Under the pieces are notes generated by a model. It was not told the origin of the DNA. It was given only the letters and a program-made list of their open reading frames with translations, and did no database searches. Positions 1 to 4,183 of a DNA stretch of 4,183 nt are shown here, one piece after another (the first letter of the stretch is position 1; every line of letters begins with the position of its first letter). This stretch comes from a virus (taxonomy: Duplodnaviria; Heunggongvirae; Uroviricota; Caudoviricetes). The DNA lies in IMG/VR virus record IMGVR_UViG_2548876950_000014; one strand, 5' to 3'. A program made the position numbers and the translations under genes.

Positions 1-1413
1 CGTGCTCAACAGGGGGATCTTTTCACCGCTTGTGCCAAGTTCTCTTAAACCAAGGTATTGGATAACGGCTAGTGTGCTTGTTTTAGCCAGAATATCGCGA
101 CCGACTGACGTTAAATCAGTCTGCGCTACCGTATCCTTACCGGTGAAATAAGGCAGTTTGTTTGCACCAGTCGCAAGGCCAGCGAGCGCGGTTAAAGTTG
201 CATCCAGAGGCTGTTTGCCTGCCAGCGCATTTGTCATTGTTGTCGCAAAGTTCGGGTCATTGCCAAGTGCTGCGGCAAGCTCATTCAGGGTATCAAGAGC
301 TTCTGGTGATGAACCAACCAATGCGGATATGGCAGCTCTTACATAAGCGGTCGTAGCAATCTGCGTGTTATTCGTACCCTGTGCGGCGGTCGGCGCAGTA
401 GGGACACCCGTTAATGCAGGGCTTGCCAAAGGCGCTTTGAGAGCCAGGGCATTGTTGATAGTTGTGCTGAAATTCGGGTCGTTATTGATCGCAGCCGCTA
501 TTTCTTTCAGCGTATCCAGTGTGCCAGGCGCACCGTTGATAAGTGCAGTTATAGCTGCCTTAACAAAGGCTGTATTTGCGATCTGCGTGCTGTTTGTACC
601 TTGCGCTGCCGTCGGCGCGGTTGGCATTCCTGTCAGACTCGGGCTTTCTATTGGCGCTTTGGTATCAGCAAGATCTTTTACAGACTTAACGGCTTTAGGG
701 GTCGCCGCCATTGTTTCGCTGTCGCTGTTAGTTTCGCTACTGAGCTGAACTAATCCCTTTTGCGTTGTGCTTGCATCCTGCGCCGTATACTTGCTTTTTG
801 CCAGATCGTAGGCTTTTTTAACCGCCAGCGAACTTGCCGCAACATCACTTCTGGTACTGGTTACAGAGTCTGAAATATCAATGCCGATCGTGCGGTTAAT
901 ACGCTCGGATGTATCAATCATCTCCTGGGTAATGGCAGATACGCCAGCAGGGATATTCACCGTACAAACAAGCAGTTCCCCATCTCCCAACTGATATGAA
1001 TCGGTATAGGTTCTGGTAACAAATTCAGCCGCATGAATATGTGACGCTGTATTAACCTGATAGGTATCCTCTCCAAGGAGATATCTTCCCTTCAGCACAA
1101 TTGCATATTTCTTACCTGCGCTAAGTGCAAGAGAAATATCCTTACGATGCTGAATAGTTACCTGGTAGAATTCACCAATATCAACTGACGCAGCGCCAGC
1201 AGTTTTATCACCATCCACTGAGGTGATTAACAGGTTCATCCCACCGCCAGGCTTAGGTAAGAAACCGGCATAAAATCCCGGGTCAACAATCCCCCTGAAT
1301 TTTCGGTTTAGCGCGGCTGACAGATATGGTTCGTGGTATTGCACATCAGCCACCAGAGCCAACGACTCGGGTGATGGGTAAGTAACCGATGTAACAACTG
1401 TAACGTCATTCAT
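1..1413 (-). CDS. phage tail fiber protein, N-terminal 471 codons; gene continues past the window start (C-terminus not in window)
   Basis: Manual minus-strand translation in the frame ending at 1413 (ATG = revcomp of 1411..1413) has no stop codon down to position 1 and begins MNDVTVVTSVTYPSPESLALVADVQYHEPYLSAALNRKFRGIVDPGFYAGF. It is absent from the ORF track, apparently because it has no stop inside the window. It contains TQKGLVQLSSETNSDSETMAATPKAVK, SPALTGVPTAPTAAQGTNNTQIATTAYV, ALDTLNELAAALGNDPNFATTMTNALAGKQPLDATLTALAGLATGANKLPYFTG and VGRDILAK, which match from memory the conserved shaft motifs of P2 gpH and lambda Stf. AAGGA Shine-Dalgarno lies 8 nt upstream of the ATG. Confidence 0.9.
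   Translation of the reverse strand, partial: MNDVTVVTSVTYPSPESLALVADVQYHEPYLSAALNRKFRGIVDPGFYAGFLPKPGGGMNLLITSVDGDKTAGAASVDIGEFYQVTIQHRKDISLALSAGKKYAIVLKGRYLLGEDTYQVNTASHIHAAEFVTRTYTDSYQLGDGELLVCTVNIPAGVSAITQEMIDTSERINRTIGIDISDSVTSTRSDVAASSLAVKKAYDLAKSKYTAQDASTTQKGLVQLSSETNSDSETMAATPKAVKSVKDLADTKAPIESPSLTGMPTAPTAAQGTNSTQIANTAFVKAAITALINGAPGTLDTLKEIAAAINNDPNFSTTINNALALKAPLASPALTGVPTAPTAAQGTNNTQIATTAYVRAAISALVGSSPEALDTLNELAAALGNDPNFATTMTNALAGKQPLDATLTALAGLATGANKLPYFTGKDTVAQTDLTSVGRDILAKTSTLAVIQYLGLRELGTSGEKIPLLST
217..660 (-). repeat. in-frame tandem duplication inside the tail fiber gene, 2 units of 222 bp (74 codons each; units 217..438 and 439..660)
   Basis: Peptide unit B KAPIESPSLTGMPTAPTAAQGTNSTQIANTAFVKAAITALINGAPGTLDTLKEIAAAINNDPNFSTTINNALAL is followed directly by unit A KAPLASPALTGVPTAPTAAQGTNNTQIATTAYVRAAISALVGSSPEALDTLNELAAALGNDPNFATTMTNALAG. 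At nucleotide level the plus-strand string atctgcgtg recurs at 359 and 581, exactly 222 nt apart, with about 40 nt of near-identity after it and divergence elsewhere. The segment after unit A (KQPLDATLTALAGL) looks like a degenerate start of a third unit. Confidence 0.85.
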
Positions 1414-1421
1414 CAAGCATA

Positions 1422-1426
1422 TCCTT
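1422..1426 (-). promoter_or_regulatory. Shine-Dalgarno (AAGGA) for the tail fiber gene, overlapping the TAA stop of the upstream 144-aa gene
   Basis: Minus strand reads gcaTAAGGAtatgcttgATG; the TAA stop of the 1425..1859 gene forms part of TAAGGA, 8 nt before the fiber ATG at 1413. Confidence 0.5.
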
Positions 1427-1859
1427 ATGCTGTAGTCGTGTTTATGGCCATAACTGCGGTATATGTTTTGCCCACATACAGCGAGTCTTCCTGGACACAA
1501 ATAATGGCGATTGGCTTGTTCTCGTTATCCAGTACAACCAGAGTGTTGAATGGGTAGTTTTTCCCTTCCTGCAACTGGCTTTGATCAAGGTCCATTCGGA
1601 CAGTAATTATCCCACCTGAGTAGGTTGGCACGAGGTTGATGGTGCAAAATTGACTGGTTAGTTCTGCCAGATCGAAAGCCTTTGGCAGTTCTCCAATCTC
1701 ATAAGTGCCATCTCCTTTCTTAGTAACCAGCGAACTGGTTCCGAAAACGGCCTTGCTGATTAAAAATCGAGAGCCTTTGTTAATGGACGATTCAGCGCGC
1801 CGCTGATAGTAATAGTCCAACAACTGACTCTTATAGAGGTTTGTTGAGACGTCAGACAT
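1425..1859 (-). CDS. hypothetical phage structural protein, 144 aa, immediately upstream of the tail fiber gene; possible baseplate or fiber-attachment component
   Basis: Complete ORF in the track (MSDVSTNLYKSQLLDYYYQRR...). It is co-oriented and 11 nt from the fiber start, with its stop inside the fiber SD. ATG at 1859 is preceded by a weak GGGAA SD-like motif (ttaGGGAAaatcATG). It sits between baseplate and fiber genes. No family recognised by eye. Confidence 0.7.
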   Translation of the reverse strand: MSDVSTNLYKSQLLDYYYQRRAESSINKGSRFLISKAVFGTSSLVTKKGDGTYEIGELPKAFDLAELTSQFCTINLVPTYSGGIITVRMDLDQSQLQEGKNYPFNTLVVLDNENKPIAIICVQEDSLYVGKTYTAVMAINTTTA

Positions 1860-1910
1860 GATTTTCCCTAATCAATGTTGTGAAGCCTCATTGTAAGATA
1901 AGTAACTTGT

Positions 1911-1933
1911 CACCCCGCCCTGCGGACGGGGTG
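1911..1933 (-). terminator. GC-rich stem-loop just downstream of the stop of the 278-aa gene, in the only sizeable intergenic gap (1860..1937); possible attenuator or mRNA-stability hairpin, not a canonical intrinsic terminator
   Basis: Plus strand caccccg (1911..1917) is the exact reverse complement of cggggtg (1927..1933). On the minus-strand RNA, CACCCCGUCCGCAGGGCGGGGUG can form about 10 bp (7 Watson-Crick, 1 G-U, 2 inner G-C) around a 3-nt loop. The downstream sequence ACAAGUUACUUAUCUUAC is U-containing but not a clean U-tract. Confidence 0.3.
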
Positions 1934-1937
1934 ATTG

Positions 1938-2774
1938 TCAGGCATCGCTATCCAGCAGCAAATCATCTGCGCGGGTGCGATCAAACGTAGGCGTCGATTT
2001 CACAATAGTGCCGCCCGGCGTTGCAGTGATCGGGGCGCTAATCGAGGTAACTCCAGTAAGCGAAATTGTATCCGAAGTTTCAAACCAGCAGTACGCTTTT
2101 TCGGTATCAGAAATCTCGTTCAAAGTGATCATGTCGGCGTGTTCATTTACAACAACCGACAAATAGAGCGTAAGCCCATCAAACACTATATGCAGTGGCA
2201 GTAGAGGCTTTACGAACTGATTAAACTTTCTGAGAATTTCTTCTGTAATTGCGGACTGATCTATCGTGCCAGTAATACCCATTGTCCGGGCCAGGTCGTT
2301 TATGGGAATACTGATCATCCCTCTGGAAGTCAGAAACATCTCGCCGAATGTGCCGCCGGTAGTCTCCAATGTGCTTTCTGGTATTAGAACTGTGCCATAG
2401 GGATGACGCTCAAGGTCCACCGGTGCATATATCGGATCCCATAAAACAGAAATACCGTTAAATTCGCGGTAAATTGTCTGGTTTATAGGACGTTCAGTTC
2501 CCTTAAAGTGGATCTCATCAAGCCGCTGTTGTAACAACATCGGAACGGAAGATGAGTTCGAGGTTCTGATAGTAAAGAACTGGCCAAGTTCATTTGTCCT
2601 GGTCTCCAGATCCTCCTTGCTCATGGAGAAAATAGACTTCCGGTTGGTAATTCGCTCCAACCATGGGTCAACAAAGGTGTCCATCATTGACTGAATCAAA
2701 TCAGCCAATGATTTATAGAGCAATGACTTTTGCTTAGCTGATGTAAGCCGGTTATTAAACCAGGAACGCTGCAT
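1938..2774 (-). CDS. hypothetical phage baseplate or tail protein, 278 aa, translationally coupled to the upstream baseplate J-like gene
   Basis: ORF track gives 1938..2777 (279 aa, MMQRSWF...), but codon 2775..2777 is GTG only 1 nt after the AGGAGG run. The ATG at 2774..2772 sits 4 nt after AGGAGG and shares its A with the TGA stop of the upstream gene (TGATG), so I place the start at 2774. Position between a J-like wedge gene and the fiber suggests a wedge or fiber-attachment role. No family recognised by eye. Confidence 0.75.
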   Translation of the reverse strand: MQRSWFNNRLTSAKQKSLLYKSLADLIQSMMDTFVDPWLERITNRKSIFSMSKEDLETRTNELGQFFTIRTSNSSSVPMLLQQRLDEIHFKGTERPINQTIYREFNGISVLWDPIYAPVDLERHPYGTVLIPESTLETTGGTFGEMFLTSRGMISIPINDLARTMGITGTIDQSAITEEILRKFNQFVKPLLPLHIVFDGLTLYLSVVVNEHADMITLNEISDTEKAYCWFETSDTISLTGVTSISAPITATPGGTIVKSTPTFDRTRADDLLLDSDA

Positions 2775-4183
2775 CACTCCTCCTCATACGAAATATTAAA
2801 GGTGGAGTTTTCTGTATCCAGATAAACGAAATCGTAAAAGCCGTTGGACTCATTCCACTCGACAAATTCCAGATAAAAGTCGCGGAAATAACCCAGCGTT
2901 TCGATAAACGCCCAAACGTCTTTTTTCTTAATCAGGATGTACTTCCCGACGCGGTTCGGATCAAAGAAAGTTGAGTCGCGCCCAAATTTTGTTTCCAGTG
3001 CCGACTTCAGCTCATCGGTCACATTCTCAATGGTCAGGCTTGCCGATATCCGTCCGGTGATGGTTATCTTAAATGGTAGTTTTCTGACCTCTTTATACGA
3101 GAATTTCTTGTTCAACTCATTCGGCACCTTCTTAAAGGCAGCCAGGATCATTTCTTCAAGCTCTGACTGGCTTTTATTTGGATGCCACCCTGAAATAAAT
3201 ATCTTATTGATATTCCGAACATTATAAGCACCATCTAATTTCTCTTGCTGGCCTTCGCCCCATGCCTTTACCCAGGACAGTCCCGGGATGTTACGCACCA
3301 GAAAATACGTATAGTCCCCGCCCCATACGACCTGATCATCATAGGCAAGGTAATATTGTGCACGGTTACGTGTGATCTCCGTTGTTTCGGCATCGGTACC
3401 TGCGGTTATAGGTGTCGTTGTCTTAACTGAAATCAAATTAGCTAAATTAGCCGCAGAATCGACAGGCGTCAGGTTTTGGCCAGCAACCAGGGTTATATCG
3501 CCGTTGGTGCACCATACCTTAAGCGTAATGGTCGAGCCTTCTGGCGGTATTTGCCCAATTAGCCCATCACCGAATCGAACCCCCAACTGCTCGGATGGTT
3601 TATAAAACTCAACGTAGACCTGGCTTTTACTACCGGCTAACCGGAACATAGTGCTGGAAGACCACTGCGTGGTCTTACCATCGGTCGTCACGAATACTTC
3701 CAGCTTATAGCAGACAGCAGTGAGAGCCTTTGATAACACGACTTCCAGAAATTCTTTGGCTGCCGTAACGGTATATGTCACCTCCTGGATTTCCAACTGT
3801 GCCACTTCTACCGTACCGGTGCCGTCAACCAACCTGCATACATCCATAGTCATGTAAGGATACTGGTCGTCAGATATTAAAGGCATGTTTTTGGGGATTA
3901 CCGCTGGGGCATCTTCACTTGTGGCGGTGATCTCAATCATCCCCGATGACGGTGTTGGCTTGGTACCAACGTAACTATTCGTTTCTGCCGCTGCCAGGAT
4001 AGAAGAACGCCGCGTCGCGGTCGATATAAAGCCTTCAGCCAGCGCCGCATCGGCATACTGAAAGCACCTGTAGACAATCTGGGTAATAAACAATGTCAGC
4101 ATCGAGACAAATTGAGAGCCGACAAACTTGAACCGCCCCGGGTTTCCTGGAGAGTGTTTTATCTGTGAACTCAGGCTGCCAGA
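2774..4183 (-). CDS. baseplate J-like wedge protein (T4 gp6 / P2 gpJ / Mu gp47-type); probably 5'-partial, reading frame open to the window end
   Basis: ORF track reports 2774..4102 (442 aa from the first in-window ATG). Translating upstream of 4102 in frame (…SGSLSSQIKHSPGNPGRFKFVGSQFVS-MLTLF…) gives no stop up to 4183, and there is no SD before the 4102 ATG (caatttgtctcgATG). The segment AGTDAETTEITRNRAQYYLAYDDQVVWGGDYTYFLVRNIPGLSWVKAWG resembles from memory the Baseplate_J signature (acidic A-E-T/S-D-E block, then R.R, then GG..Y and PGV/L). Only about 25 residues precede the FISTATRR region where J-family proteins usually have more, which also suggests the true start is upstream. Confidence 0.75.
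   Translation of the reverse strand, partial: SGSLSSQIKHSPGNPGRFKFVGSQFVSMLTLFITQIVYRCFQYADAALAEGFISTATRRSSILAAAETNSYVGTKPTPSSGMIEITATSEDAPAVIPKNMPLISDDQYPYMTMDVCRLVDGTGTVEVAQLEIQEVTYTVTAAKEFLEVVLSKALTAVCYKLEVFVTTDGKTTQWSSSTMFRLAGSKSQVYVEFYKPSEQLGVRFGDGLIGQIPPEGSTITLKVWCTNGDITLVAGQNLTPVDSAANLANLISVKTTTPITAGTDAETTEITRNRAQYYLAYDDQVVWGGDYTYFLVRNIPGLSWVKAWGEGQQEKLDGAYNVRNINKIFISGWHPNKSQSELEEMILAAFKKVPNELNKKFSYKEVRKLPFKITITGRISASLTIENVTDELKSALETKFGRDSTFFDPNRVGKYILIKKKDVWAFIETLGYFRDFYLEFVEWNESNGFYDFVYLDTENSTFNISYEEE
2779..2784 (-). promoter_or_regulatory. Shine-Dalgarno (AGGAGG) for the 278-aa gene, embedded in the final Glu codons of the upstream gene
   Basis: Minus strand reads tat GAG GAG GAG TGA TG: the C-terminal YEEE codons of the J-like protein spell GAGGAGGAG, 4 nt upstream of the ATG at 2774. 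Confidence 0.55.

Noticed and set aside
158-356. Two overlapping plus-strand ORFs (158..346 and 162..356)
   Set aside because: Both are fully embedded antisense within the uninterrupted fiber reading frame, with no RBS and no recognisable protein features.
217-660. The 2 x 222 bp tandem repeat as a non-coding repeat element (REP/MITE-like or CRISPR-like)
   Set aside because: The period is an exact multiple of 3, it lies inside an open reading frame, and it encodes two parallel copies of a known fiber shaft motif. It is a coding-domain duplication, not a mobile or CRISPR repeat.
365-748. Plus-strand ORF of 127 aa with an internally repeated hydrophobic peptide (LFVPCAAVGAVG twice), which looks like a membrane protein with a duplication
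   Set aside because: It lies antisense to the tail fiber coding frame, and its repeat is the mirror image of the 222-bp fiber shaft duplication. The Ala/Val/Gly-rich composition is what the reverse strand of Thr/Ala/Gly-rich fiber codons produces. No SD; treated as a shadow ORF.
1911-1933. Hairpin as a canonical Rho-independent terminator ending the operon
   Set aside because: The stem is strong but the 3' flank is not a clean U-tract, and co-oriented, coupled structural genes continue immediately downstream. Kept only as a possible attenuator or stability element at low confidence.
1935-2204. Plus-strand ORFs 1935..2204 and 1975..2166
   Set aside because: Antisense to the 278-aa minus-strand gene; the first is Arg-rich and low-complexity, typical of an out-of-frame shadow; no RBS.
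2775-2777. GTG at 2777 as the start of the 278-aa gene (as implied by the ORF track)
   Set aside because: It would sit only 1 nt from the AGGAGG motif, which is too close for initiation. The ATG one codon downstream has workable spacing and the classic TGATG stop-start overlap.
2937-3605. Plus-strand ORFs 2937..3227, 3245..3430 and 3372..3605
   Set aside because: All lie antisense inside the long minus-strand baseplate J-like ORF, which has the recognisable family signature; short, no RBS, mutually overlapping.
4100-4102. ATG at 4102 as the true start of the baseplate J-like gene
   Set aside because: No Shine-Dalgarno upstream, the frame stays open to the window edge, and the visible N-terminus is short for the family. 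More likely an internal Met; not excluded.
1-4183. tRNA or rRNA genes, CRISPR array, IS element or integrase
   Set aside because: No cloverleaf-like short structured segments between genes, no short direct repeats with regular spacers, no terminal inverted repeats flanking a transposase-like ORF. The window is almost entirely occupied by the four structural genes.

Overview
The window is a tightly packed block of four genes, all on the minus strand, that reads as the baseplate-to-tail-fiber part of a late structural operon from a contractile-tail phage, prophage or phage-tail-like bacteriocin. In transcription order (high to low coordinates) they are: a baseplate J-like wedge protein whose reading frame is open to the right edge (2774..4183), a 278-aa protein of unknown function (1938..2774), a 144-aa protein of unknown function (1425..1859), and the N-terminal 471 codons of a tail fiber gene that runs off the left edge (1..1413). 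The fiber carries shaft motifs I recognise from memory in P2 gpH and lambda Stf, including an in-frame 2 x 222 bp tandem duplication, behind an N-terminal domain that does not resemble the P2 gpH N-terminus as I recall it. Gene junctions are translationally coupled except for one 78-nt gap that holds a GC-rich stem-loop. All plus-strand ORFs in the track are antisense shadows. I saw no tRNA, rRNA, CRISPR array, IS element or integrase. All homology statements come from reading the translations and from memory of known families; no database search was run.
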